Assembly: GCF_018350175.1 (NCBI RefSeq)
Contig: NC_058368.1
Span: forward strand, 222,768,001-222,832,000
Source of the DNA: Felis catus
Taxonomy: Eukaryota
Direction: 5' to 3'
DNA: 64,000 bases
Below are positions 12,499 to 24,453 of this stretch, piece after piece. Within the stretch, counting starts at the first letter, position 1, and every line of letters starts with the position of its first letter. The notes under the pieces are model-generated. The model saw only the letters and a list, made by a program, of their open reading frames with translations. It did not search any database and was not told where the DNA came from. A program made the translations under genes and the position numbers.

Positions 12499-13664
12499 TG
12501 TCATGGACTGAATGATTGTGTCCCACCAAAATTTATACAAGCATACCTCGGTGATGTTGTGGGTTCAGTTCCAGACCACCGTGATGAAAAGAATATTGCA
12601 CTAAAGAGTCAAAGGAATTTTTAAATTTTCAGTGCATATAGAAGTTACGTAGTATACTACATATTGATGCGATAGCATCAATCTGGAAAATAAAAGCATG
12701 TACCTTAGTTTCAAAGTGCTAACCATCATCTGAGCTTTTAGCAAGTTGTCATCTTTTTGCTGGTGGAGAGTCTTTCCTCAGTGTTGATGGCTGTTGACTG
12801 ATCAGGGCGGTGCTTGCTGAAGGTTAGGGTGACAGTGGCTGTTTCCTAAAGTAAGACAACAATGACTTTTGCCTCATTGATTGAATTTCACCTGAACACT
12901 TAGAGACCATTGTAGGGATATTCGTGAGGTTAATTTTAGTGTCATTGTGTTTCAGGGACTAGGGAAGCCAGAGGAGAAGGAGAGAGATGGAGGAAGAGCC
13001 ACGGGGTAGAAAGGTCACAACACACAAAACATTTATTAAGTCCATCGTCATATAGAGTGCGGTTTGTAGCACCCCAAACCATCACAATTGTAACATCACG
13101 GATCACTGACCATAGGTCGCAATCACAGATATAATAATGGAAAAGTATAAACTATTTTGAGAATTACGAGAATACGGCACGGACACACAAAGTGAGCAAA
13201 TGCTGCTGGAAAGATGGCTTTGCTAGAGTGGCTTGACACAGGGTGGCCCCATATGTTCTATCTGAAAAATGCAGTACTTGCAAAACACAGTCAACTGAGG
13301 CACAATACAACAAGGTATTCCCATATGTTGAAGTTCTAATGCAGGGTGATGGGATTTGGAGGTGGAGCTTTTGGGAGGTAGTTAGGTTATATAGGTCCTG
13401 AGAGTGGAGCCCCCGTGATGGGATTAGTGCCTTTATAAGAAGAGGAGGGGACACCCAGGGATCTGGGCATAGTTTGAGGTGGTGGCTGTCTACAAGCCAG
13501 GAAGAGAGCCTTCACCAAGAAACAAGTCTGTTGGCACCTTGATCTTGAACTTCTGAGCATGCAGAACCGTAAGAGGAGAGAAAAAAAAAAATAAAAAATC
13601 CTGCTTAAGCTACAAGTCTAATGGCATTTTTTTTTTTTTAATAGCAGCTGAAACTGACTAAGGT
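12499..13664 (+). mobile_element. MLT1A-like MaLR solo LTR interrupted by Tigger1
   Basis: 'tgtcatggactgaatgattgtgtcccaccaaaattta TA' then 'TA tgttgaag...ttggaggtggagcttttgggaggt...atagcagctgaaactgactaag'. Confidence 0.85.
12538..13323 (-). mobile_element. Tigger1 internally deleted derivative (TcMar DNA transposon)
   Basis: TIR-like ends caagcatacctc / aaggtattccca with TA duplication (12536-12537 and 13324-13325); 'gtgggttcagttccagaccacc' matches the Tigger1 end; about 790 bp with no transposase ORF. Confidence 0.8.
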
Positions 13665-14136
13665 TAAGAGTCCTCTGTCCTAGACCCTGCATTACTCCAA
13701 TGGGGAAACAGGACATAGGAACATGAAGCATGGCTATTGTTTCTTCCATGTTTAATAAAGTATATATTCTCTGATCTAGAAGTCTACATCTTCTACCAGC
13801 ATCTGTGAAACTGGCAAGCTGGCTTCTTAACACCAAGTGGGGGAAAAGTCCCAGCCCCTGCACATTCTTTGGGAGTTGTCTCTATTCTTATGTCCTTCCT
13901 ACAATTGCAAAGAACAATATACAACTTGATCTTCTCTCTGAAATTTATTAGACCACCTAAGTCATTTTTGATGTCTGCTTCTAAACTATTTTATTTAAAA
14001 CAATCTTTAAGAATATATTACCTATAAGATACTAAATGACTTTTGCTGTCCTTAGTTTATATAAATTTATTTATTTTTCCTTCTAAAAAATAAACAAAGC
14101 ATATAGAACCCAGTTGCACCTCTGTAGGAAAGACAA

Positions 14137-14159
14137 AAATAAATAAATAAACAAATACA

Positions 14160-14202
<43 letters not shown>

Positions 14203-14203
14203 A
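14137..14203. repeat. (TAAA)n tetranucleotide microsatellite
   Basis: Direct read. Confidence 0.9.
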
Positions 14204-14262
14204 ATGTAAACTACTAATTTAAAACAGAGTTAAACCTATTTATAAGGAAAAAAAATAAAAGA

Positions 14263-14496
14263 GGGGCACCTGTGTGGCTTAGTCATTTGAGCTTCCAAGT
14301 CTTGCTTTTGGCTCAGGTCATGGTCTCATGGTTTCATGAGTTCAAGCCCCCCATTGGGCTCTGTGCTGGAAGCACAGAGCCAGAGCCTACTTGGGGTTCT
14401 TTCTCTGTCTCTCTCTGTCTCTCTGTCTCTCTCTCTCTCTCTGCCTCTTCTCCACTCACACTGTCTCTCTCAAAATAAATAAGTAAATTAAAAAAA
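14263..14496 (+). mobile_element. Can-SINE
   Basis: GGGGCACCTG head, CT tract, 'aaaataaataag' tail. Confidence 0.92.
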
Positions 14497-14559
14497 GAAG
14501 AAGATGAAGAAGAAGAAGAAGAAGAAGAAGAAGAAGAAGAAGAAGAAGAAGAAGAAGAA
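14497..14559. repeat. (GAA)n trinucleotide tract at the SINE tail
   Basis: About 20 GAA units with one GAT interruption; source of the poly-Ser ORF 14334..14654. Confidence 0.95.
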
Positions 14560-14837
14560 AGTAAAATAGTTTTTTGTTGGCTACCATCTTTCTGAAGACA
14601 AATCAAAACTACAAGTTCTAATATGAAGTTAAATTTCCCTTGGCCTAAGCACATATAAGAGCTACAGTTTCAGAATACAGTAGACAGATTCATTTGATCC
14701 AGATCCAGCCAACTGCCTGGAAAAGTTCATTGTTTTATTATTTATCATATTTATTCCACTTTCCAAAGCATGACCTTCTCTATAATAGTACTTTGGATTA
14801 TTTGCATATGTAAAAAGTATTTTTTCTCCCTTTGGTA

Positions 14838-15060
14838 GCAACTGTCATAGGATACTTCCATGTATCAAGCTTCTTTCTAAGCATTTTACAAACATTTCTC
14901 ATTAAACTTTTACAGTTGCTATGGTAGTAGAATCAGCTGTTACCTCTAATTTTTAAATGAGGAAATGGAAATTTGAAGAGATTATTAATTTGTCCAAGGA
15001 GCCAGAACCTGGTAACGACAGAGCTGGCAAGCAGACCAGGATCAGAACTAGTAACCACTC
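14838..15060 (-). mobile_element. MIR, degenerate
   Basis: 'tttttaaatgaggaaatggaa...aatttgtccaagg...ctggtaacgacagagctgg' is the reverse MIR core. Confidence 0.65.
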
Positions 15061-15334
15061 AATATCTCTTTCCTTCTTACACTGAAAAGAAACAAACAAA
15101 CAATAACCAAACAAGAAACAAAACCAGAAACAAGCAAAAAAGGGATTCTCTCACTGAAAAACTTATTACAAGTAAGACAAATACTACTTTTTTTTTCTTC
15201 TGTACTAAACAGACTATACTTTATTCTGTGTGTTATAAAATTTTGATCTTCTTTAGCCCATTATATTATAATGAAGATGTTTAACTCATAATTAATTGAA
15301 AATAAAACATTACTTTTAAACTTGAATTCATGTA

Positions 15335-15537
15335 TTTTTTTAAAGATTATTTATTTATTTTCAGGGTGGGGATGCAAGCAGGGGAGGGACAAAGAGAGGG
15401 AGAGAAAAAGAATTCCAAGCAGGTTCCATGCTGTCAGCACAGAGCCTGACATGGGGTCAAACTCAAGAACTATGAGACATGACTTGAGCTGAAATCAAGG
15501 GCTGGTTGCTTAATGGACTGAGCCACTCAGTCACCCC
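15335..15537 (-). mobile_element. Can-SINE
   Basis: Reverse SINE; approximate TSD tgaatt(ca/tg)tgtattttt. Confidence 0.92.
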
Positions 15538-15559
15538 TGAATTTGTGTATTTTTTATTC

Positions 15560-15851
15560 TTTTCTTTTTTTACTTTTCTTTTCTTAATATTTATGTTTTT
15601 GTTTGTTTCTTTTTTGTTTTGTTTTTTGTTTTTGTTTTTGTTTTTGGGTTTTTTTTTTTTTTTTTTTGAGAGAGAGAGAAGGAGAGACAGAGAGGGAGGG
15701 GCAGAGAGAGAAAGAGACACAGAATCCAAAGCAGGCTCCAGGCTCTGAGCTGTCAGCACAGAACCTGATGCAGGGCTTGAACTCACAAGTTGTGAGATCA
15801 TGACCTGAGCCAAAGTCGGATGCCTAACCGCCTGAGACACCCAGGAACCCC
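15560..15851 (-). mobile_element. Can-SINE with expanded T-rich tail
   Basis: 'gagacacagaatccaaagcaggctccaggctctgagc...ccaggaacccc'; long (TTTTG)-like tail. Confidence 0.92.
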
Positions 15852-15904
15852 TATTCATTTATTTTTTAACATATATTTTAAAATACAGTACACCTTAATT
15901 TTGA

Positions 15905-16170
15905 TTTTTTTCCAGATTTATTGAGATGTAATTGACATATGACATTGTTTAAGTTGTACAACGTGATGATTTGGTACGTGTATATATAGTGCAATAGCTA
16001 AGAAAATAAAGTTAGTTAATATATCAATCACATAATATATCAAACGTTTTTTGTGTGGTGAGAACTTTTAAAATCTATTCTTCTAGCAACTTTCAAGTAT
16101 ATACCACATTACTATTAATTACAATCACCATGTCATACATTAAACCTCCAGAATTCATGCGTCTTCTAAA
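15905..16170 (-). mobile_element. L1MA-type 3' end fragment
   Basis: 'ttttattgagatgtaattgacata...tgtggtgagaacttttaaaatcta...agcaactttcaagtatat'. Confidence 0.75.
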
Positions 16171-16209
16171 TCAGAGCTTCTTGGTAATATCTGAAAAGAC
16201 CCATAATCC

Positions 16210-16330
16210 TTATTCACTCAACAAATACTATTGATCACCTACTATGTGCCATGCACCATGCTATGTACTGAAACTAGGACATTGATCTAAACATGCCCAA
16301 GTCCTGCTCTCATGTAATTTACACAGTAAA
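16210..16330 (-). mobile_element. L2 3' end fragment
   Basis: 'attcactcaacaaatactattgatcacctactatgtgccatgcac'. Confidence 0.65.
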
Positions 16331-16520
16331 GAGAAATATAAATGTTATTAAGTAATTTCAGTAAAAAAAAATAATGAGTTTTGTCACATAAATTTATTGA
16401 GCACTAGGGGAGGGCAAAGCAATTGACAAGTGTCTGACCTGTGTTTTCTGTGTCAGTGCATAATGATGGAATGATGGAAATGGCAGGTGATGATCTGTTG
16501 CAGATGGAGGGTGATTCGGA

Positions 16521-16522
<2 letters not shown>

Positions 16523-16552
<30 letters not shown>
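16523..16552. repeat. (GT)n microsatellite
   Basis: Direct read. Confidence 0.95.
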
Positions 16553-16557
<5 letters not shown>

Positions 16558-19386
16558 CACATTCATGAAACTGTTAATTTTCTTTTGGTATGAATTATTT
16601 TGTTGGTTTTAGTGTTGCATTGGTAGCAAATGTTATGTACATGTCTTTTTCTTTTGTAATTGATTAATGTATGGAGTTGCATTTTGTGGGAAAATGTGGC
16701 TAGTACTTGTAATAAAATATAATCCCCTATGAAATCATATAACGTAAGGCCTTTGTTAGAATAATATACTTTGAAATATATATTCAGGTTGCAGCAAGTT
16801 AAAAAACATCTAATGTGTACCATTGGGTTGATTTTCAAAATTGAATGAGGAAACATAGGAACAAAAATATAGCAAGTAAAGCAAATACTCCTGGCATGGT
16901 TTCAGAAGTTTGTGTTATATTATCAACACTTTACCATAGGTAATTGAATGCCTATCTTAGCATTTTTATTCCTTGTATATAAATTTGAAAGATATTTAAT
17001 GGGCTTTGCTTATTTTTGCTGTAGTCTTTGTGCGAGTATTTTGAGTTACCTATAAAGATATGAATCTTATTATTTTTATTCTAATGAAATCTCTAAGTGT
17101 TAGCCGTACATCATAAGTGTCCCTGAATGCTGGTATGTATAAGCATATACATACATGTGCATACATTTGTTTCTACCTTTGGAAAGATATTTTGAATATC
17201 AAGTATTAATGACACAATAAAGAGGTATTGTGTTTAAAAACAAGATCTAGACCAATTATAACACTACCAGTCCACATTGAGAAAGGTGGTATTATATTGA
17301 ACCCAGTTTTAATTTTAAATATTTATTATTTTTCCTAAATTTCTGAATAGTCTATTTCAGTCCTTGGTATATCTGTCTAGTCATATTTTTATAAATTCAT
17401 GAACAAGATATTAAACACATAGTTAATATTAACTTCCTTATTATTTAGAATTCACAAAATACCCTTAAAACTCCAGAACCTTTACTAACTTTTCCAAGAA
17501 AAAAAAATACTACCTAATATTCAACAATCTGCTTCCCAGCAAAAAAAAAATGCAGATACTCTAGAGAGTGACAGTATGTTATGTATAATAGAAATTAATT
17601 TTTTATTGTGGGAGGAGATAGAAGCTGGGCACAAGTCTAGTAGGGCATGAATAGTAAAAATTAGCAACCGAATTGGTATATCAAGCTAATAAGAGAAGAC
17701 ATGTTTGATCAAGATTTTAATATATGTGTAAAATAATTCATGGTATCATAAATTTACTCCAAACTACATGAGCATATGAAGTAGTGACCTGAAAATCATT
17801 CATGATTTCTCTCTCAAAAGGTTAGGAATTCTTCTCCCTCCAGGTAATAGGAAACTCTAGGTGGCCTTTCCCACATGCTTATTATAAATCTTTTCAAGAG
17901 AACTGCTACAGTTCCAAATATCATATTTAAGTTTGAGTCAGTAAATAGGGACTAGAAGGAAGAGCTTTGCCATTTTTACCTGCCTCATTTTCATTATTGT
18001 AATTGCTGTTTTGATTAATAAGAAAAGCAAAAATCTCTCCTTGTAGCTGTCTCCCTCCCTTCCCCTGCTAACATCTGTTTCTACTCTCTAGAAATGAATC
18101 ACATGCCATTTCTAGCTATAAAGAGGCCTATGAAAATAAGACATGTATTTGTCTTCCCAGCATCAGTGAAGGAGACCATGAGAAAATGTTCGGTATTTAC
18201 AGTGTCTGAAAACTCTCAGGCAAGGTCCCAAGAGGACTACTTCTTTTTTTTTTAAATGATACGAGATGCATATTCTGTAGGTAAAGCTGGATTTCATTCT
18301 TAAAGTGACACTGATTTCCTTGGCTAATAAATTTTCATAAAATTAGAGAAAATTAGTGTTTCAAATTTAGCCTAAATCAAAGAAAGTCACTTTGTCATGC
18401 CTGAAGAAGGTTAGAGATCATTTCAAGGACAGTAAAATTATATGCACAAATTTAGGTTTGGTACATTGGAATATACTTGAGTTAGGGTTTTTTTAGCTTA
18501 TTTTTAAGCAGGATATTTCAAAGATAAAGGTTAATTTATATTTAAAAATTATCAAGACATTTATCTTTCAAAACAACTCATGTGTGAATAGAAAGAAAAC
18601 ATTTTCGAATTGTATGATACATTTTGCTCTTCAAATAAATGATTAATAAAACAAACTCCTGTTTCTTCTGAGAAATGAACTTGATAAAACCAAAATAGAA
18701 CAAATGGAATGACAGTGCTAAAGGTGTTAATGAGGAAGAGTGGTGTTGATAACTCTGTGGAATAAAGAAAAAGTGAAAGAGAAGGACATTGATGAGCAAT
18801 GAACACCAGGCCCTATTCCTCTGGGTCAGTGAGCCGATGCCAGCAAAGACCATAAATAAATTTAAAAAATTAGATAAGAACTGTATTCAATGCCAGAAGC
18901 TTTAGTACACCCACCTATAAGCTCTCCCTACACAAACAGCATCCATTGGATCTTCTACCAATTCTATGCAGTTACTCCAAATAACATTATTTTTTCTGGA
19001 AAGCGCAATGGGATCACTATGTTGTACACTTCTTCTTACTCTGAAGTTTTGGAATTGGCAGATATGGGAATATGAAAAACAAAGAATTAAGATGGCCTTT
19101 ACACATACTGTAACACTTTTCTTTTTCTTCAAGTCTTGGGTTGTCAATCTCTGGGCGTCTATGAATTTGACTTAGTTTTTAACTCATAAAATTGAATTTT
19201 GATTTTGAGTGAAATAAATTCTTTTAGGGATATAGAAGAAGATGTCTTGTTCTTTACCTGTCAATAGAGCTAAAGGTTGAAACCTTGAGCTCGTCATTTG
19301 TTTTCTTCATACTCTCCAGTATGGTAAGAAGATATAAATGGTTCACAGTGAGAAGACCATGGTTCACAGTCAACCACGGGTATCAA

Positions 19387-19568
19387 TTTTTTTTAACTCT
19401 TTATTTTTGAGAGACAGAGCATGAGCAGGGGAGACAGAGAATCAGAAGCAGGCTCCATGCTCTGAGCTGTCATCACAGAGCCAAATGTGGGGCCCGAACT
19501 CATGAACCACGAGATCACGACCTGAGCTGAAGTCGGACACTTAACCGACTGAGCCACCCAGGCGCCCC
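19387..19568 (-). mobile_element. Can-SINE
   Basis: TSD aaccac(g/a)ggtatc; ends in ccacccaggcgcccc. Confidence 0.95.
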
Positions 19569-20424
19569 AACCACAGGTATCGATTTAATCATGATGCACA
19601 GCATGCCAAGCTATGAATTCTTATTTCCTATGTGGAGGAGCTCAGCATATTGTTCGAGGACAAGGATACAACTAAATGAACCCATGAATCGCATTTATGA
19701 GGTTTTGTCTCCTGGAATTATTTTTGCTACCAATATAGTATCAGACTAGAGGGTCTAGTTAGGAACAGAGAAATCATACGAAATATGACACCAGAAAGAA
19801 TTTAAGACACATTAGATAAAGAAGTGGTAGAAAATGGCAAAATCAAGATAAAGCACAAAGGTAGCTCAGAGTTACACCTTACACATTAAAGACTTGGGAC
19901 ACAAAGGGTAGCGTTTGGAGATTTCAGAATCTGGAAACTTGGAGAAGGTGCCAGGAGGACTGAAACTGAGATCTTTCAGAAGAGGGTTTCATGCTAATAG
20001 CAGAAGAGGGTTTCAGCTAATAGCATAGGAATTTAGAGAAGGGACTTTGAGGAGCTAAGCTCCAAACTCTGGAAAGGGGGCATTGTTTGGCAATTCTGTG
20101 GAGATCACAGGCTGGACACCACACAGTTTTGGTCTAGACATGAGAACAGACCATCTCTTAGTAAGTACTAATACCTCTTAAGGGACCTTGTGATATTTGT
20201 TTCTGAAGGACCCAAATTACTGGAGACTGGGGGGCCATTGCTGGAGCAAAGCTGGAGTGAGCTTCCTGGGCAGAGCAGCAAATTTTTCCTTGCTTTTCCT
20301 GCCTGCTTGTTTCAATCTACATACCCACATTGGTGGGACTTAATAGGACACCTTATGAAAAAAAAGGCAAATATGGTTTTCAGAATTCCAACTATGTCAT
20401 TATAAAATGGGTTATAGATGGTTC

Positions 20425-20427
20425 TAT

Positions 20428-20462
<35 letters not shown>

Positions 20463-20600
20463 TTTGGGAGGGAAGGGAGCAGAGGGAGAGGGAGACAGGT
20501 CATGGAGCCTGACACAGACTTGATTCCACAATCCTGGGATCATGACCTGAGCTCAATTCAGGAGTCTAACATTCAACCTACTGAGCCACCCAGGCACCCC
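20425..20600 (-). mobile_element. Can-SINE (older type) with (TTTA)n tail
   Basis: Ends 'gagccacccaggcacccc'; (TATT)n tail. Confidence 0.9.
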
Positions 20601-21397
20601 AGATGGGTTACTTTAAATGTGAGTAAGATAGCTTAAAAGAAACTTAATGTAGCTTTTAAATAATATTTGTACCCAAAATTGAAAGGCATCGGTCATATAA
20701 GTTCAAGGAAAGCCGTAAGGAATGAGAAGGTTGGGTTGCAGCAGAGAGAATGACCATTAAAATATTTATATGTAAGACGGAGGCAAAAAAAAAAAAAAAA
20801 AAAAGACATTCATACAAAAAGAAGGAAAGAAAGGAGGGAGGAGGAAGAAATTAAAGAGGATGGAAAAATATTAATAAAAAGAAAATGGAAAGAAAAAAAT
20901 CAAAGAAAGGAAGGATAACAGAGTTCAGTCTAGAAGGAATATCCAAATTTTATTCTATCAACTTATTTTCAACTAGGAGATTAAGTCATCTCCATAAAAC
21001 AAGATATACAACTTCAAAAACTGGTCACCTACAAGCAGGATATTTCTTCTAAACAGTTTCCTTCTGTTTTCCTAAAGTGATGTACACAAGCAAGACTATA
21101 TCCCACAGAAATGTTAATTTACCTCCTTTTAATTGATTGCAAACCACATTTAAACCATCACAAGCTATTTGTGACCTTGTTCAAGGAAGGGCAAATAATG
21201 GCCATTACACAGTTCATTCAGAAATGTTGATGCTTCTTTGATGCGCCTTTTTGAATTTGGGAAAAGTTAAACATGATTTAATGTGTGAAATTATCATAAG
21301 CATCAATAGGAAGTAAAGTGCTCTGGCTTAGTCCATTTTCCACAGAGTGGGACACTGCCATTGAATTAGCATAATCGGAGGAAAATAGGGATTTTTT

Positions 21398-21616
21398 TAT
21401 TTAAAGTTTTTTTTAACGTTTTATTTATTTTTGAGACAGGGAGAGACAGAGCATGAACAGGGGAGGGTCAGAGAGAGGGAGACACAGAATCTGAGACAGG
21501 CTCCGGGCTCTGAGCTGTCAGCACAGAGCCCGACGCGGGGCTCGAACTCACAGATCGCGAGATCGTGACCTGAGCCGAAGTCGGCCGCTTAACCGACTGA
21601 GCCACCCAGGTGCCCC
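21398..21616 (-). mobile_element. Can-SINE, CpG-rich (young)
   Basis: TSD agggattttt; many intact CpGs. Confidence 0.95.
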
Positions 21617-21710
21617 AGGGATTTTTTAAATAAACAGTTTTCTGAAATGTTGCATGTGAGTCTGTAACGTCTTTAAAGTACAAAGCCTACATGGATTAAT
21701 TCTCGACCAC

Positions 21711-22113
21711 AGACAGAAACTCTCCTTGGCCCAAGTGTTGTTAGGCTTCTCTGAGACTTATTTTCTATTAAACTTCATTCTTGCTCCCCCTCTTTTCCGT
21801 TGAACTCCTGACCTTGTTTACTTTGGGCAAAGAATCCTGTTAAACCAATTTATTGATAATCCTCCCATCTCTAATATGTATTCAAACTCCTCTTTCCCAT
21901 CCTTCCTATCTAACCAAGTTGCTGTTAGTAATTTTTCATCCACTCTCTTCCACTGCCCCTTGGCTATAAATCCCCACCGGTCCTTGTTATATTTGTATTT
22001 GAGATCAGTCTTCCTCCCTGTTTCAATGGTCTTTACTCCTACTGACAGAGTTGTGACTAAAGGCTTCCTTGCCATTTTTAACAAATTAAAGAATATTTTT
22101 TTTCGTTTGTGCA
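21711..22113 (+). mobile_element. MER31-like ERV1 solo LTR
   Basis: 'actctccttggcccaag...taggcttctctgag', 'ttagtaatttttcatccact', TATA-like 'ttggctataaatcccca', end 'ttccttgccatttttaacaa'. Confidence 0.7.
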
Positions 22114-24026
22114 TCGTATCATTCTGAAGACCAACTATTACTGAGTGTGATGCTTACATTCTGATGTCAATTTTTATCTGTCACATACACTGTTGCTCTG
22201 GAGAGCTAGTTCCAGTCCTAAGAAACTGGGTCTGTGTGTTTCTTGTTCTTCCTTTTAGTTTTGTTTTTTTTGTTTTTTTTGTTTTTAAATCTGCAGTGTT
22301 TGAGATTTCAGAAAATCAAAGTTGTTAGCATTGTGTGTAAAGTAATGAGATAAACTCTAAACGATGTTCTAATGTTTAGTCTTTGTAACAGCTATTTCTG
22401 TAACTCCAAAGTCATGTTCTCCATTACTTTTAATTTGAGACTATTTAAAAGGCCAGAGTGGCAGAAAACACTGTGAGTGAAGAAAATGTTACTATATTGA
22501 AAGCAGTATATAAAAGCACCAGGATTATACAAATATGATTTGCCTGGAAGAAAAAGCTTTAGATGCTCAACGAAGCTTAACACTTGTGACTCTATGTGTA
22601 AATGACCATGAGGTACAAATTAATAGTACATTTCTTACAACCAACTCTTGATGTTTCCTGATGTATTTGTCAACAAATGCATGGAATCGTTTGGGTTGTA
22701 CCTGTCAGACTGGCTGCATTTCGGCTGTGAGATTCTTTCCTTCATGTCATATGAATTCTTACTGAAGAGTCATGGCCCAAAAGAAAGTTTAAGACTCTCT
22801 GATCCAGGTGAACTAATCATAGACTTTAACTGTTGTCCGTGAGGAAAAATGTCCCAGTGGATTCTGTCTCTTCCTCAATGCCAACCGCCGATGATCTTGG
22901 AATCTCACAGTGTGTCTCAGGATAAGGTGGTCAGGTAGATGTAAGAGGGAATCCTGTTAGAAGGTACGAATGTGTGCACAGAAATAGGTTGGCATTTCAT
23001 CTCAGCTCCACTGTTTCCTGAATACTCTGATCAAAGAATGAACTTGTGTCCCTCAAATTACTGACTCAGCACTCCTGGTAAGTGCTGGCCACTATGCAGG
23101 CGTGAATAAGGTACTTCAGTCTACTAAAAAAGAGCTCAACTTACTTATGAGTTTCCCATTATTAGTAAATGAAGCGTAGGTAAATGGGTTTATTCAATAA
23201 TATCCTATTTTATTCTTGAAGAATTAAAGTTCTCAAATGTATATTTCCATTTTTGATTTTCCATGTTTTCCATTTGAAAATAGGAACTTAATAAAAATAA
23301 AAATATAAGACACTGCTTCGTGTATCCTTAATTAGATTAATACTCATATGGATTAAGTTCAATGCTAAATACACATTTCTTCTTCTGCTTCAGTCATTCA
23401 TCTGTATTCAAACCTGTCAGCACAGTACATAAAATGTGTTTATTGTTACTTGCAAATTTCTTCAAGAGAGAGAAACAAGAATTGATAGTGTCCAGCTTTG
23501 CTGAGAACCACTGAAGACCACACGATCAACAATATCATTCCTTGATTTAAAAAAATAATAACAATTATATAGAGAAATGAATACACAATTAACTAAAATA
23601 TAAGAGAACTATACAAACACTACAAAAGCATAGGATGATATGGAGGGGGTAATATTTAAGAACTAAAAAGAGACACATAATTATGGATGATTTATCCTAA
23701 ATTTCTGCTATTAATGGCCCCTAAAAAATAGCCTAATGCATGCATATACAACTATCGACACCAATCGTCTTGTCAAGGAAAACACTTAATGGCTATTTTG
23801 TCATCATTCTCAATTAAATGCCCTTGGGGCCATTTAAAAAGTTATGCTGAAGTGGCCCTGAGACATGCTATAGTGAAGTCAGGTAGAGCCTTCCTACAAT
23901 CTGTGACCATGGGATATGTCATGGCTAATCATCATTGGTAGTTTAAATTGTCATTGTGCACTGTTACATGTAATTTGGGGATACCAAAAATATACTTCTA
24001 TCATTTGTGATGGTGGTTCCTCTTAA

Positions 24027-24236
24027 TTGTTTTTTATGTTTATTCATTTTTTAAAAGACAGAGACAGAGCACAAACAGGGTTGGGGCGGAGAGAGAAGGG
24101 GACACAGAATCTGAAGCAGGCTCCAGGCTCTGAGCTGTCAGCACAGAGCCCGATGTGGGCCTCGAACTCATGAGCTGCGAGATCATGACCTGAGCCGAAG
24201 TCAGATGGTCAACTGACTGAGCCACCCAGCCGCCCC
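24027..24236 (-). mobile_element. Can-SINE (member of a tandem pair)
   Basis: Flanked by tcctcttaa at 24018-24026 and 24237-24245. Confidence 0.95.
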
Positions 24237-24245
24237 TCCTCTTAA

Positions 24246-24453
24246 TTTTTTTTAATGTTTATTTATTTTTATGAGAAAGAGAGAGACAGAGCAGGGGCAG
24301 GGGATGGGAAGAGAAGGAGACACAGAATCTGAAGCAGGCTTCAGGCTCCTAGCTGTCAGTACAGAGCCTGACGCAGGGCTTGAACTCACAAACCATGAGA
24401 CCATGACCTGAGCTGAAGTTGGTAGCTTCACTGACTGAACCACGGAGGTGCCC
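24246..24453 (-). mobile_element. Can-SINE (member of a tandem pair)
   Basis: Followed by agtgtttcctcttaa (24454-24468), matching ggtggttcctcttaa (24012-24026). Confidence 0.95.
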
